This document shows, one piece after another, positions 24,785 through 35,155 of a stretch of 64,000 nt of DNA; the first letter of the stretch is position 1, and each line of letters starts with the position of its first letter. The notes beneath the pieces are model-generated. The model was not told the origin of the DNA. It searched no databases and was given only the letters and a program-made list of their open reading frames with translations. A program made the position numbers and the translations under genes. This stretch comes from Candidatus Aminicenantes bacterium. GTDB taxonomy: Bacteria > Acidobacteriota > Aminicenantia > Aminicenantales > UBA4085. The stretch is taken from assembly GCA_026393895.1 (NCBI GenBank), contig JAPKZG010000013.1, positions 14,556 through 78,555 on the forward strand, read 5' to 3'.

Positions 24785-26287
24785 ATGGAAAAGAATAAGC
24801 CCGTCGGCATTTGGATTCGGGTCTCGACCGAAGACCAAGCCAAAGGCGAAAGCCCGGAACATCACGAGAAGCGCGCCCGATACTATGCCGAATCCAAGGG
24901 CTGGCAAATAAAAGAGATATATCACTTAGAGGCGGTCAGCGGGAAGTCGGTCATGGGTCACCCGGAGACCCAGAAAATGCTCGATCATATCAAGTCCGGC
25001 CATATCACCGGACTCATTTTTTCCAAACTGGCCCGACTCGCCCGAAATACCAGAGAATTGCTGGAATTTGCAGACATTTTCAGAAAATATAACGCCGACC
25101 TGATCTCTCTCCAAGAAGCTATCGATACCTCTTCCCCGGCTGGACGGCTTTTCTATACCATGATTGCAGCCATGGCCCAATGGGAGCGGGAAGAAATATC
25201 CGATCGGGTCGCGGCCTCCGTCCCTATTCGGGCAAAACTCGGAAAACCGACAGGCGGACAAGCGGCTTATGGCTACCAATGGGTAAACAAACAGCTTGTG
25301 CCTGACCCTAAAGAAGCGCCGATACGGAAACTGATCTATGAGATGTTTCTTGAACACCAGAGGAAAAAAACCATAGCACGGCTCCTGAACGAGGCCGGAT
25401 ACCGAACCAGAAACGGCTCGAAATTCACGGATACGACCGTAGGAAGACTTTTAAGAGATACCACGGCCAAAGGGTTTCGCCGGGCGAATTGGACCAAAGG
25501 ACCGCCCGATAAAGGCCAAAAAAGGATAATCAAAGCCCAATCCGAATGGATAAATGTTCCGGTCGAGCCCATAATCTCTGAAGAACTCTGGAATCGGTGC
25601 AACGCGATCCTCGACGACCAGGAGAAAAGAGGCAAGAGACCAACTCGGAAAACCGTTCAGCTGTTTGCCGGATACACCTTCTGCGAGTGCGGAGACAAGA
25701 TGTACGTTCCCTCGAACTCTCCAAAATACGTCTGTTACAAATGCCGGAATAAAATCGGAACAACTGATTTAGAAGAAATCTTCCACCAACAGCTTAAAAC
25801 GTTTTTTTTCTCTTCGGGTGAGATCACTAAATATCTCAGCCAGGCTGACCAAGTGATAAAAGAAAAAGAGAACCTACTAAAGACAAATGGAGAAGAAAAG
25901 CGGAAAACGGAACAGGATATGGATAAAATATATCGGGCTTATACCAATGATGAGATCTCTATGGACAGCTTTGGAAAGCATTACCGGCCACTCGAAGAAA
26001 GGCTTAAACAGATAGACAATCAGCTTCCCGAGATTCAGGGAGAAATCGACTTCCTTAAAATCCAGTATTTATCCTCTGATCAGATATTCAATGAAGCCAA
26101 AGACCTTTATTCCCGCTGGCCTCAGCTTACTTCTGAAGAAAAAAGAAAAATCATTGAAAACATTACAGAAAATATAAAGATCGGAAAAGAAGACGTTACG
26201 ATCAACCTCACTTATCTTCCCTCTTCTTTCGAATTGATGGCAACTGAGCAACGCAATCACAGGGATTCATCGCCGCAACGAACATGA
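24785..26287 (+). CDS. large serine recombinase / integrase of the island
   Basis: '[21 protein letters not shown]' catalytic Ser region, '[13 protein letters not shown]', recombinase domain, zinc ribbon 'CECGDKMY...CYKC'; last ~8 codons and stop lie in GC-rich host sequence. Confidence 0.85.
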   Translation: MEKNKPVGIWIRVSTEDQAKGESPEHHEKRARYYAESKGWQIKEIYHLEAVSGKSVMGHPETQKMLDHIKSGHITGLIFSKLARLARNTRELLEFADIFRKYNADLISLQEAIDTSSPAGRLFYTMIAAMAQWEREEISDRVAASVPIRAKLGKPTGGQAAYGYQWVNKQLVPDPKEAPIRKLIYEMFLEHQRKKTIARLLNEAGYRTRNGSKFTDTTVGRLLRDTTAKGFRRANWTKGPPDKGQKRIIKAQSEWINVPVEPIISEELWNRCNAILDDQEKRGKRPTRKTVQLFAGYTFCECGDKMYVPSNSPKYVCYKCRNKIGTTDLEEIFHQQLKTFFFSSGEITKYLSQADQVIKEKENLLKTNGEEKRKTEQDMDKIYRAYTNDEISMDSFGKHYRPLEERLKQIDNQLPEIQGEIDFLKIQYLSSDQIFNEAKDLYSRWPQLTSEEKRKIIENITENIKIGKEDVTINLTYLPSSFELMATEQRNHRDSSPQRT

Positions 26288-27308
26288 ACGCGGCCGGAAA
26301 TGTGGCGCTGTGGGCTGACCGGACCACCGTCACGGTCCCGTCCTCCAACGGTTGACGCAGATCCTCTAAAACCTTGCGTCGGAATTCGGGTAATTCGTCG
26401 AGAAACAAAACCCCAAGATGGGCCAAACTGACCTCGCCGGGTCGGGGCACCGCGCCCCCGCCGATCAATCCGGCATCGGTGACCGTATGATGCGGCGCGC
26501 GAAACGGCCGGCGGCCGACCGCTCCCTTCCCTTTCAAATACCCGGCTGCGCTGTAAACCTGGGTCACCTGGATGATTTCCTCGAACGTCATGTCGGGAAG
26601 GATCGAGGGCAGGCGCCGGGCGATCATGGTTTTGCCCGAACCCGGTGGGCCGATAAGGAGAACGTTGTGACCGCCGGCCGCGGCTACTTCCAGGGCCCGT
26701 TTGACGTGATGCTGGCCCTTGACTTCGCGGAAATCCGGCCCCGGAGGCGGTTCCTCGACCAACTCGGAAAGCGCGTACCGACTCGGTGGAAGCCGGCCCG
26801 GGTCGTGGAGGAAGGAGACGACCTGGGGCAGGTCGGACACCCCGAACACGTCGAGGCCGTCGAGCAAAGCCGCCTCTTTTTCATTGTCCTTGGGGACGAC
26901 GATGCCCTTGAATTTCCGGGTCCTGGCCAGGATGGCCGCCGAAAGGACGCCCTTGACCGGTTTGATCCTTCCGTCCAGGGCCAACTCTCCTAAAAAACAA
27001 TAATCCTGGAGCGGCGGAACCGGGACGATGTTCAGGAAGGCGAGATGCCCGAGGGCGATAGCCAGGTCGAACGACGGACCTTCCTTCCGGCGGTCGGCCG
27101 GGGCGAGGTTGATCGTAACCTTGCGGGGCTGAAAATCATAGCCGCAATTCTTGAGCGCCCCCTTGACCCGCTCCTTGCTTTCCCGGACCGAGGCGTCGGG
27201 AAGCCCGACGATGATGAAATCGGGCAGGCCGTTGCCGATGTCGACTTCGACCTCGACGATGTAGGCCTCGATGCCCTGGAGGGCGGAACTGGACGTTTTT
27301 ATGAGCAT
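26208..27308 (-). pseudogene. comM: comM/yifB Mg-chelatase-like AAA+ ATPase, 3'-truncated by island insertion (frame reads into island after 'AAMNPCDC')
   Basis: '[13 protein letters not shown]' Walker A, '[10 protein letters not shown]' Walker B, 'AAMNPC' sensor region then divergence; C-terminal ~140 aa missing. Confidence 0.8.
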
Positions 27309-27342
27309 GGCGCCACTTGGAAAGACGGCGCCTGAGGCGGGT

Positions 27343-27990
27343 TTATATCAGTTCGAGGTCTTCTTTTCGGCCGACCCGGGGGGAATCCCCTCCCTCGGGA
27401 CCGAAGATTTTTTCCCGGACCCGGGGCACGGTCAGCCGGGCGATTTCCTTGAGCGTTTCGAAAACGCCGAGGCCGGAAATCGCGGCCGCTTCGACGTACG
27501 GCGCGCCCTGGGGGTTGAGGAGATTGTTGAGCGTCTCGACCGGGACCAGATTGCTCAAATCCCGTTTGTTATACTGAAAAACCAGCGGAAACGCCGCCAG
27601 ATCGGTTTTCTGTTCCTTGAAATTCCGGCGGAGGCTTTCCAGGCTCTCCAGGTTGGCGTCGAGAAGCGGGATCTGGGAGTCGGCCACGAACACCAGGCCG
27701 TCCGTCCCCACCAGGACGTTTTTCCGCGACGCTTCGTAATAGACCTGGCCGGGCACGGTCATCAGCTGGAAGGTGGCCTTGAAATGGCCGATATATCCCG
27801 CCCGGATCGGAAGGAGGTCGAAAAAGTATGTCCGCTCGGTCTCGGTCTCCAGGCAAATCAGCTCGCTCCGCGAGGCCGGATCGATTTTTTCCTGGATGCA
27901 GCGGAGATTGGTCGTTTTCCCCGATAAACCCGTTCCATAGTAAACGATCTTTATCGTCAGTTGGCTCGTCGTATAGTTGATGAAAGCCAT
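27343..27990 (-). CDS. mglA: MglA-family Ras-like small GTPase
   Basis: '[26 protein letters not shown]', 'VPGQVYY', 'FQYNKRDL' nearly identical in pattern to Myxococcus MglA. Confidence 0.85.
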   Translation of the reverse strand: MAFINYTTSQLTIKIVYYGTGLSGKTTNLRCIQEKIDPASRSELICLETETERTYFFDLLPIRAGYIGHFKATFQLMTVPGQVYYEASRKNVLVGTDGLVFVADSQIPLLDANLESLESLRRNFKEQKTDLAAFPLVFQYNKRDLSNLVPVETLNNLLNPQGAPYVEAAAISGLGVFETLKEIARLTVPRVREKIFGPEGGDSPRVGRKEDLELI

Positions 27991-28010
27991 TTTTTACGGC
28001 GCCCTACGGA

Positions 28011-29174
28011 CTACAATGCCTTGAGAAGTATATCATATTTTCCCAAAACGCAATCCCAGGTATATTGTTTTTTTACATACCGGAGGCCGTTTTCTCCAAG
28101 TGCGGCCCGGAGCCGCGCATCCCCGGCCAGAAGGGACAGGGCGGCGGAAAACTCCGACCCGTTGGAAAAATAGAGCCCGCCGTCGCTGTCCAGGCAATGC
28201 TGTTTGAGCGGGTCGGAACCCTCCTGGACAAGGACGGGGGTGCGGACGGCCATGGACTCGAGCACGGCCATGCAAAGACTCTCGTAATGCGAGGGATGGA
28301 CGGTGGCCAGCGCCCCGGCCATCGCCGCGTTCTTTTCCTCGGGAGAAACGAAGCCCAGGTAACGGATCCGGGGGCTCTCGGGGAGTTTCATCAAAAGCTT
28401 TCCGATCAGGACCAGGTTCAGGCCGGGAAACCGCTTTTCGGCCGTCTGAAAATAATCGAACATTTCCGCGCAGCCCTTTCCGGGTTCGATCCGGCCGGCA
28501 TAGAGAACATACGGTTCCAGGGATTTGAACTTGGGGAGAAATTCCCGATAACCGGCCGGGTCGGGGATGTCCACGCCGACGCCGACGATATCCTGGACCT
28601 TGCCTTCGAAGGAAAAGCGGGAGGCCAGCATCGCCCGTTCCGCCGCGGTGTTGAAGACAAACCCCGCCGGGCAGGCGAAGACTTCGTTCATCAGGCCCAA
28701 TCGCAGGGCCGGCTCGTCGTGGGCCGTCGGGACCAGGAGCGATTTTCCCTTGAGCGTCTTCAGTCCCCAATAGGTGTTGTAGTAGAGATACGTGAAAAAA
28801 ATGAAACGGTCGTGGAGATGCTCCTCCCGCTCCAGCGCGAGGATGAGGTCGAGGCTGAAGGGGCCCTGTTTCTCCATCCACTGAAGTTCGTCGGCGATCG
28901 TGTGGGGATTGGCGAAAATCCAGTCCGAGTAGGCGTTGAAGGAGTCGATGTCGCGCGGCCGTTCGACTTTGTAACGTTTGATGACGACTCCGTTGAGGAG
29001 GAATTCCCCTTCGGGATACTCATTCTTCCACGTGACATAATCTTTAGCCGCCGAAGTGTAAACCGTGCAATCGTGACCGAGCTTGACCAACCGCTCGGCC
29101 ACCATTCGGCAATGGAGTTCGGAGCCGCCCATCACTTCCTTGCCGTAGCGCTGGACGACGAACGCAATTTTCAT
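28011..29174 (-). CDS. glycosyltransferase family 4 (paralog A)
   Basis: Starts '[22 protein letters not shown]'; ORF-track 707-aa N-terminal extension is spurious (overlaps next gene); ATGA overlap with upstream GT. Confidence 0.75.
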   Translation of the reverse strand: MKIAFVVQRYGKEVMGGSELHCRMVAERLVKLGHDCTVYTSAAKDYVTWKNEYPEGEFLLNGVVIKRYKVERPRDIDSFNAYSDWIFANPHTIADELQWMEKQGPFSLDLILALEREEHLHDRFIFFTYLYYNTYWGLKTLKGKSLLVPTAHDEPALRLGLMNEVFACPAGFVFNTAAERAMLASRFSFEGKVQDIVGVGVDIPDPAGYREFLPKFKSLEPYVLYAGRIEPGKGCAEMFDYFQTAEKRFPGLNLVLIGKLLMKLPESPRIRYLGFVSPEEKNAAMAGALATVHPSHYESLCMAVLESMAVRTPVLVQEGSDPLKQHCLDSDGGLYFSNGSEFSAALSLLAGDARLRAALGENGLRYVKKQYTWDCVLGKYDILLKAL

Positions 29175-30244
29175 TTCAGCCCCCGGAGCCCCGAGATCCG
29201 TTCGCGGAGAAAGGCCTCCCGGGGGAATTCCTTCAATCGAAGGAGCTCCCGGCGGCCGCTTTTGACAAGGGCCTTTCGAATGGCCGGATTTTTGGCGACG
29301 TAGTCGACCGTTTCGGCCGTCCGGTCGGGCCGGAATTCCCGGAGCAGCAGTCCTGCTTCGCCGAGGGTGTACGGAACGGCGGCCGCCCCGAGGGCGACGA
29401 TCGGCAGGTCGAAGATCATGCTCTCGACAAGCGGCAGGCAAAAGCCCTCGTGTTCGCTCAGGGACAGGAAGACGTCGGCCGCCCGATAAAGGGAAAACAT
29501 CTCGTCGTCCGGGACATGGCCGAAGAACCGGACTTCCTCGGGCTTGAGGTAAAACTCGTCGGCCATCCGGGAGACGGCGGCGTAATATTTCGGAAACGTG
29601 TCGGTCTTCCCGACGACGATCAACTGGACCAGCGGGGAAATGTATTTCTTGTAATAGAACGCCGTCTTGACGAGGTTTTCGATTTTCTTGTTGGGCGCGA
29701 CCCGACCGACGAAGAGGATGTTCGTCCGGTCGTCCCGGTACAGGTCGCGAAGCGGGTTGTTTTCGGGTAAAGCATATTTCTCGAAATCGACGAACAACGG
29801 AAAAACATGCGTCTCGCGAAAACCCAACGCTTTGAGTTCCAGCCGGTTGTATTCGGAATCGGCCAGGCTCAAATCCGTCGTCGGGGCCAGGGAAGCAAGC
29901 TCTTCCCTCCCCAGCCGGGCGATCCGGGCGAATTCCGGATTGATGTCTTCGAAAAATTCGGCCGGGGTGATGTTGTGGTAGATGATCGCTTTTTTCGAGG
30001 GGAGCCCGGCCAGGACCCCGGATAACGGCGACGGCAGGGCGAAATGGAGAATCGTCACGTCGGAGGCGGAGGGCGGGGAAAACTCGGAGAAGAGCCGGGA
30101 GCTGCCTTCCAGCCCCCGGTCGCGGCTCAGACAATAGATTTCGCTCTCGAATCCCTCGGCCTGAAAAAAGGACCGCAGTTCCCAGGCCTCGTCGCCGATC
30201 GCGTCGCCGCGGTGAAAAACCGGGACGAGCTGGTCGATTCTCAT
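29171..30244 (-). CDS. glycosyltransferase family 4 (paralog B)
   Basis: '[16 protein letters not shown]' GT4 motif; 357 aa. Confidence 0.75.
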   Translation of the reverse strand: MRIDQLVPVFHRGDAIGDEAWELRSFFQAEGFESEIYCLSRDRGLEGSSRLFSEFSPPSASDVTILHFALPSPLSGVLAGLPSKKAIIYHNITPAEFFEDINPEFARIARLGREELASLAPTTDLSLADSEYNRLELKALGFRETHVFPLFVDFEKYALPENNPLRDLYRDDRTNILFVGRVAPNKKIENLVKTAFYYKKYISPLVQLIVVGKTDTFPKYYAAVSRMADEFYLKPEEVRFFGHVPDDEMFSLYRAADVFLSLSEHEGFCLPLVESMIFDLPIVALGAAAVPYTLGEAGLLLREFRPDRTAETVDYVAKNPAIRKALVKSGRRELLRLKEFPREAFLRERISGLRGLK

Positions 30245-31308
30245 CCCTCAGCGACCTTCGCGATCTGGGCCAGGAGAACGCGGCTGACGTTATCCCTGAG
30301 ATACGGTTTCAGGGCTTTCTTCTGCCCGTCGATCAAACTCTTGCGGAGCGCCGGGCGGCGTTCGATTTCGTCGATCAGCCCGGCCGTCCGGAGAAAATCC
30401 TTTTGCCGGAGAACGACTCCGCCGCCGTTCATGGTTTCCTCGACCGCTCCGGCGGCGAAGGCGATGACCGGGATCCCGAGGTGGAAGGCTTCGAGGAGGG
30501 GCACGCCGAAACCCTCGTGTTCGCTCAAGCTGAGATAATAATCGGCGATCCGGTAATAGGCGAGCAATTCGGGAAATTCCACGTGGCCGGTCAAATGGAC
30601 GTCGGTGATCCGGAGTTCGGCGATCAACGCCTGAAGCCCGGCCAGGTACCGGTCCTGACCGCGGTAGTCCCCGGCCAGAATCAGCCGGGCCTCCGGGTTG
30701 AAATGCTTTTTATAGAAATAAAAGGCTTTGACCACGTCCTCGAATTTCTTGTTCGGGATCGCCCGGCCGACGTACAGGATCGTCGTCTTCTTTTTTTCAT
30801 AGAGCGCCCGGACGACCGGATCACCGGGACCGTCGAATTTCCCGAAATTCATCAGAATCGGAAGGACCCCGGTGTTTTTATACCCGACGGCGGCGAGTTC
30901 CCGGCGATTGAAATCGGAGTCGCCCAAGGCCAGGTCGACCTTGTCGACGAACATGTTGATTTCGAGCCGGCCCTTGTAACATTCCCGGGTCAGAGTCCGG
31001 TGGAAATCGAAGAAAAATTCCGCCGGGGTGATGTTGTGGTAAATCATCATCTTGCGGTCCGGGATCCGGAGAAACATCTTGCTGACGGGCGAACCGATTG
31101 AAAAATGAAAGATGACGACGTTTTTCGGGCCGCTCCAGTTCGGGTATTCCCGGTAGTCCTTGACTGCGGACGCGGAGCGCGGGTCGAACTGCCGGACGAA
31201 AATCTCCGAGCGGTGGCCGTGCTCCCGGAGGACGGCCTGAATTTCCAGCATCTCGTCGGAGATGGCGTCCCCATAGGTCAAGGAGGTCGCGAATTGATGA
31301 ACGTCCAT
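30241..31308 (-). CDS. glycosyltransferase family 4 (paralog B')
   Basis: '[16 protein letters not shown]' GT4 motif; paralog of 29171..30244. Confidence 0.75.
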   Translation of the reverse strand: MDVHQFATSLTYGDAISDEMLEIQAVLREHGHRSEIFVRQFDPRSASAVKDYREYPNWSGPKNVVIFHFSIGSPVSKMFLRIPDRKMMIYHNITPAEFFFDFHRTLTRECYKGRLEINMFVDKVDLALGDSDFNRRELAAVGYKNTGVLPILMNFGKFDGPGDPVVRALYEKKKTTILYVGRAIPNKKFEDVVKAFYFYKKHFNPEARLILAGDYRGQDRYLAGLQALIAELRITDVHLTGHVEFPELLAYYRIADYYLSLSEHEGFGVPLLEAFHLGIPVIAFAAGAVEETMNGGGVVLRQKDFLRTAGLIDEIERRPALRKSLIDGQKKALKPYLRDNVSRVLLAQIAKVAEG

Positions 31309-32483
31309 TAGGGCTCCCGGCCGAGACGGCTTACGATTTCGAGATATTTTCCCTCGATGATGTCCCAGGTATAGTTAGCTTCGAAATAGCGGCGGCCATG
31401 GTCACCCAAGGCGCGGCGGAGCCTGTCGGAAGCGAGCAGCAGCTTCAACGATTCCCGGAATTCGGGATAGTTCTCGTAAGTCAGGCCGCCGTTGGAGCGG
31501 CGGCATTGGCCCTGGAGGACTTCACAGCGGGCGTTGGCTATGACCGGCCGGCCAAGGGCCCAGGCCTCGAGGGTGACCATGGACAAGCTTTCGTAAAACG
31601 AGGGCATAATCAGCGCCTCCGCCCCGGCCAGCGCATCGAACTTGTCCTGTTCGGGCCGAAAGCCGAGGGCGAAGATGTCCGGATGGTCGGGGATGGGCAG
31701 AATCGAATTCCCGATCAGGACAAGTCCGACGTCCGAACCGGTTTCCTTTTTGAACCGGAGAAAATACTGGAACAACTGAGGGAAGCCCTTGTTCTGGTCG
31801 ATCCGGCCGAGGTAAAGAAGATACGGTTTTTCGATCCGGTGGTTTTTCCGGAAACGCTCGGCGACGGAATCGTCCGGGACTTCGGTCCCGACGCCGACGA
31901 CGAGCCCGGGAACGGCCTGGTTTCCGGAAATCGTCTGGATCATCTCCCGCTCTTCCTCGGAGTTGTAGATGAAGGCTCGGGGCAGGCGGAACAGGTCCCT
32001 GAAAATTTTCAGGTCGATGACGGGGTCGTGTTCCGCCGTGGGCACCAGGATCGCCTTTCCGGGGACGGCCCGGATGCCCCGATAGGAATGCCAGTAGCGG
32101 TAGCTGAAAAAAATGAAATAATCATAGGCGGCCGCATGACTTCGGATGAAAGCGAGCAGGTCGGGAGATTTCGGTCCCTCTTCCTCGAGCCAGGCCAGCT
32201 CGTCCCGTTCCGTGTGTTCATGCTCCAGGATAAAATTCTGCAACCATCCGAACCGTTCCGGGGATCGCGGCTTCGGTACGGAAAACCGCCGGACCGCGAT
32301 CCCGTTGATCGTCTCCGTTCCGGCCGGGTATTGGTCGGCCCAGGTGACGTAGTCGTGAGCCCGGGTGGTCAGCACTTCGACATCCCAGTGCCGGGCCATA
32401 TGTTCGGCGACCCACCGGCAGTGGAGCTCGGCCCCCCCGTTGATCTCGAGGCCGTAGCGCTGGACGACAAAGGCGATTTTCAT
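31308..32483 (-). CDS. glycosyltransferase family 4 (paralog A')
   Basis: '[22 protein letters not shown]' paralog of 28011..29174; 391 aa. Confidence 0.75.
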   Translation of the reverse strand: MKIAFVVQRYGLEINGGAELHCRWVAEHMARHWDVEVLTTRAHDYVTWADQYPAGTETINGIAVRRFSVPKPRSPERFGWLQNFILEHEHTERDELAWLEEEGPKSPDLLAFIRSHAAAYDYFIFFSYRYWHSYRGIRAVPGKAILVPTAEHDPVIDLKIFRDLFRLPRAFIYNSEEEREMIQTISGNQAVPGLVVGVGTEVPDDSVAERFRKNHRIEKPYLLYLGRIDQNKGFPQLFQYFLRFKKETGSDVGLVLIGNSILPIPDHPDIFALGFRPEQDKFDALAGAEALIMPSFYESLSMVTLEAWALGRPVIANARCEVLQGQCRRSNGGLTYENYPEFRESLKLLLASDRLRRALGDHGRRYFEANYTWDIIEGKYLEIVSRLGREP

Positions 32484-33373
32484 GAACCGAGCCGCTTCTC
32501 CAGGATTTTTTCCCTTTGCGACTGGGCGTCCAAGTCCTTTTCCAGAATCCGGGCCCGGCTTTTCAAGGTTTCGAATTCGATCCGGAGCTTGGTGATTTCA
32601 ACGACGAGGTTGTGGTCCAGGTTGTGAAGAAGCTTGATGTATTCCATGCTCCGGTCGGCGAACAGGTCGAGCCGGTCCCGGAAGTTGTCGAATTCCTTCA
32701 CGACGTCGTGGAAACGCGCGTCGATCCGATCCTGCATATCGTCCATGCGCCGATCCGTCCGATCCTGCATATCGTCCATGCGCCGATCGGTCCGAATCTG
32801 CAACTCGTCGAAACGTCGATCGGTCCGAACCTGCAACTCGTCCAGACGTCGATCGATCTGCTTGTGTATCACTTGTTCGTGCTCGTCCATCCTCCGGTTC
32901 GTCGCGTCGATCAGCCGAAAGGCGGCCTCGATGTCTTCATGCAGAGGCAGCCCCAACAGGCGGATGGCCGGAGCAAACGGCCGGATCGCCCGGGAGAATT
33001 TCGCCTTGAGCCTGGCTTTCAGGCTGGGAGCGGGGGGACCCGGCGGCGGACCGGCCGGTGCGGGAATCACGGGTGATGCGGGCGGCTCCGCCGACGGTGC
33101 CGGCTCAGGAATCACCGGTGAAGCGGGAGGCTCCGCCGGGGGGGGCGGCGGCTCGTCCGGGCCGGCTTCGAGCGGCTCGCCGGGATTCCGGGCGGCGACG
33201 CGTTTGACTTGCGTCATGATCGCGGCGACGTCGAGGTGATCGTAGTCGATTTCGATCCCTTCAACCGTCTCCCTGCCGGAAGGATTTTCGGCGTCCATCG
33301 TTTCCTCCTCGGGAAAAATTCCCGGGTCATCCGCGTTTCGGATACAGGTGGTTTTCGTAAACGACCTGGACAT
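32480..33373 (-). CDS. proline-rich / coiled-coil repeat protein (hypothetical); true start may be internal Met ('MDAENPSG')
   Basis: PPPPAEPPASPVIP repeats then tandem 'TDRRxDE(L/M)Q(V/D)R' 11-aa repeats; ATGA overlap with GT gene. Confidence 0.5.
   Translation of the reverse strand: MSRSFTKTTCIRNADDPGIFPEEETMDAENPSGRETVEGIEIDYDHLDVAAIMTQVKRVAARNPGEPLEAGPDEPPPPPAEPPASPVIPEPAPSAEPPASPVIPAPAGPPPGPPAPSLKARLKAKFSRAIRPFAPAIRLLGLPLHEDIEAAFRLIDATNRRMDEHEQVIHKQIDRRLDELQVRTDRRFDELQIRTDRRMDDMQDRTDRRMDDMQDRIDARFHDVVKEFDNFRDRLDLFADRSMEYIKLLHNLDHNLVVEITKLRIEFETLKSRARILEKDLDAQSQREKILEKRLGS
32717..32870. repeat. tandem ~33-bp direct repeats (4-5 copies) inside coiled-coil protein gene
   Basis: cgatccgtccgatcctgcatatcgtccatgcgc repeated with variants, read directly. 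Confidence 0.7.
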
Positions 33374-33539
33374 CCAGGATGTCGGGAAGAGGTCGAAGCG
33401 GCATTTCCACGATTTCCCGGACCTCGCGGTCCGTCAAGAGTCCCTCTTTTTTTCGGGCCGCGATCCGGACCTCGATTTCCTTTTCGATTTGGACGGTTTC
33501 GGCCTCACCGAGGCATTTGATCGTCAAGAAATCGGACAT
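33327..33539 (-). CDS. small hypothetical protein (70 aa)
   Basis: ORF only; no motif. Confidence 0.25.
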   Translation of the reverse strand: MSDFLTIKCLGEAETVQIEKEIEVRIAARKKEGLLTDREVREIVEMPLRPLPDILDVQVVYENHLYPKRG

Positions 33540-33624
33540 CGTTCCTCTCCTCGAGTTCCTCTCGGGTAAAAATATCCGCCCCCATTCTATTCAAATCCCG
33601 ACAACCTGGCAACCGGACACTATT

Positions 33625-33654
33625 GGAGAGAAACCCTTTTCTGGGTTTCTCTCC
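33625..33654. other. perfect 12-bp stem hairpin GGAGAGAAACCC-TTTTCT-GGGTTTCTCTCC in 400-bp divergent intergenic region
   Basis: Read directly. Confidence 0.6.
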
Positions 33655-33942
33655 AACGCTCCGGCCTCGCATCTCCAAGGTCGATTGCGAGACGCCGTCG
33701 CTGCCTCTTTTCCGAAGGAAGCCTTACGCAATGACTCATCTTAGGTTGTTCACATTTTGATCTTCCGGCGGCATTCCCTTTTCAGGGTTCCCCCTAAGTC
33801 CTACGCGACCCTTGGGAGCAAAGGCCCCGTCCTTCATGACGGGCTTTGCCCGGAATCAGGACTGTCCGCAAAAACCGCGTTCCCTTCGCAGCTTAAAATT
33901 GTATCTCCCCGATATCTATGGTACTTATCATCCGGAGTAGTC

Positions 33943-34422
33943 ATGAGCCATAAGGAAATACGCTCGCTCATCCGGATCGGCGTCATCGGCGGTTCCCGGG
34001 CCAAGACCGGTTTTCTCGCCCAAGCCCGCGAAGTCGGCCGTCTCATCGCGGACCGCGGCGCCGTCCTCGTCTGTGGAGGTTTGGGCGGCGTCATGGAGGA
34101 GGCCGCGCGGGGGGCCCGGAGCCGCGGCGGATTGACGATCGGAATCCTTCCGGGGACGCAGCCGTCCGAGGCCAATCCCCATATCGACGTGGCTCTGGCG
34201 ACCGGCCTGGGATACACCCGCAATTCGCTGGTGGCGATGAACGCCGACGTTTTGATTGCCATCGACGGCGAGTACGGGACGTTGAGCGAAATCGCCTATG
34301 CCCGAATTTACGGAAAAACGGTCATCGGCCTCGGCACCTGGGAGGTCAAAGGCGTCGTCCCGGCCGCTTCGCCCGAAGAGGCCGTCCGCCTGGCCGTCAA
34401 AGCCGTCCCGGACGGGCGCTGA
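33943..34422 (+). CDS. TIGR00725/LOG-like (SLOG) Rossmann-fold protein
   Basis: 'IGVIGGSR...LVCGGLGGVMEEAARGA...GIL' Rossmann/LOG-like motifs; ATG at 33943 (ORF-track upstream extension unlikely). Confidence 0.55.
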   Translation: MSHKEIRSLIRIGVIGGSRAKTGFLAQAREVGRLIADRGAVLVCGGLGGVMEEAARGARSRGGLTIGILPGTQPSEANPHIDVALATGLGYTRNSLVAMNADVLIAIDGEYGTLSEIAYARIYGKTVIGLGTWEVKGVVPAASPEEAVRLAVKAVPDGR

Positions 34423-34426
34423 CCTC

Positions 34427-35155
34427 ATGACCAACTATAAAATCGTCCTGAGCTACGACGGGACGGACTATTTCGGCTGGCAGCGCCAACCCCGGCTGAA
34501 GACGATCCAGGGCACGGTGGAAGACGCCCTCGCCCGATTGTCCGGAAATCGCATCGATGTCGCCGGCGCCGGACGGACGGACGCGGGTGTGCACGCCCTA
34601 GGCCAAACGGCCTCATTCAAGGCCGACCTCAAACTCGGCGACACGGAATTATTCAAAGCGCTCAACGCCGTGCTCCCCCCCGACATCCGGCTTCTGTTCT
34701 TGGATCGGGTCCCAGCAGGTTTTCAAGCCCGGCGCGACGCCCGGGGCAAGATCTACCAGTACCGCATCTTCACCGGCAAGGCGATCAGTCCGTTTATCTT
34801 CCGCTACGCGCTCCATTGGCCGTACCCGCTCAATCTCCGCAAAATGAGGGAGACGGCGGCGCTGTTTGTCCGCGAAGCCGATTTTTCTGGATTTTCGTCG
34901 AACAAGGAGCTCTATCCCGTCAGGCGGGTCATCCGGTCGGAACTCCGAAAGCGGGGCGACGAGTTGATCTATGCGGTCGAAGCGACCGGATTTCTCCGGT
35001 ACATGGTCCGGACTATCGTCGGGACGCTGCTGGAGACCGGGCGCGGGAAGATCGGCCCGAAAGATATCGAAAACGTGTTCCGGACAAAGACGCGGACCCT
35101 GGGCAATCCCACGGCCCCGGCCAAGGGGCTATGCTTGCTTAAGGTTCTTTACTGA
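34427..35155 (+). CDS. truA: tRNA pseudouridine(38-40) synthase
   Basis: 'IVLSYDGTDYFGWQRQP', 'AGAGRTDAGVHALGQ' (catalytic Asp), 'IYQYRI'; 243 aa. Confidence 0.85.
   Translation: MTNYKIVLSYDGTDYFGWQRQPRLKTIQGTVEDALARLSGNRIDVAGAGRTDAGVHALGQTASFKADLKLGDTELFKALNAVLPPDIRLLFLDRVPAGFQARRDARGKIYQYRIFTGKAISPFIFRYALHWPYPLNLRKMRETAALFVREADFSGFSSNKELYPVRRVIRSELRKRGDELIYAVEATGFLRYMVRTIVGTLLETGRGKIGPKDIENVFRTKTRTLGNPTAPAKGLCLLKVLY

Larger units (their letters stand above)
1..26262. mobile_element. AT-rich integrated genomic island (integrative element with defence cargo); right end at comM junction, left end outside window
   Basis: Abrupt composition shift at ~26250-26265 (AT-rich to ~65% GC); large serine integrase at right edge reading into host DNA; host comM 3'-truncated at the junction; cargo of recombinases, XRE/LexA-like repressors, R-M, nucleases. 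Confidence 0.65.

Noticed and set aside
28011-30134. 707-aa ORF suggesting a giant Arg/Pro-rich N-terminal extension on the glycosyltransferase
   Set aside because: The extension is low-complexity translation of high-GC DNA in an alternative frame of the neighbouring GT gene (29171..30244). The real GT starts at '[11 protein letters not shown]' (29174) with an ATGA overlap.
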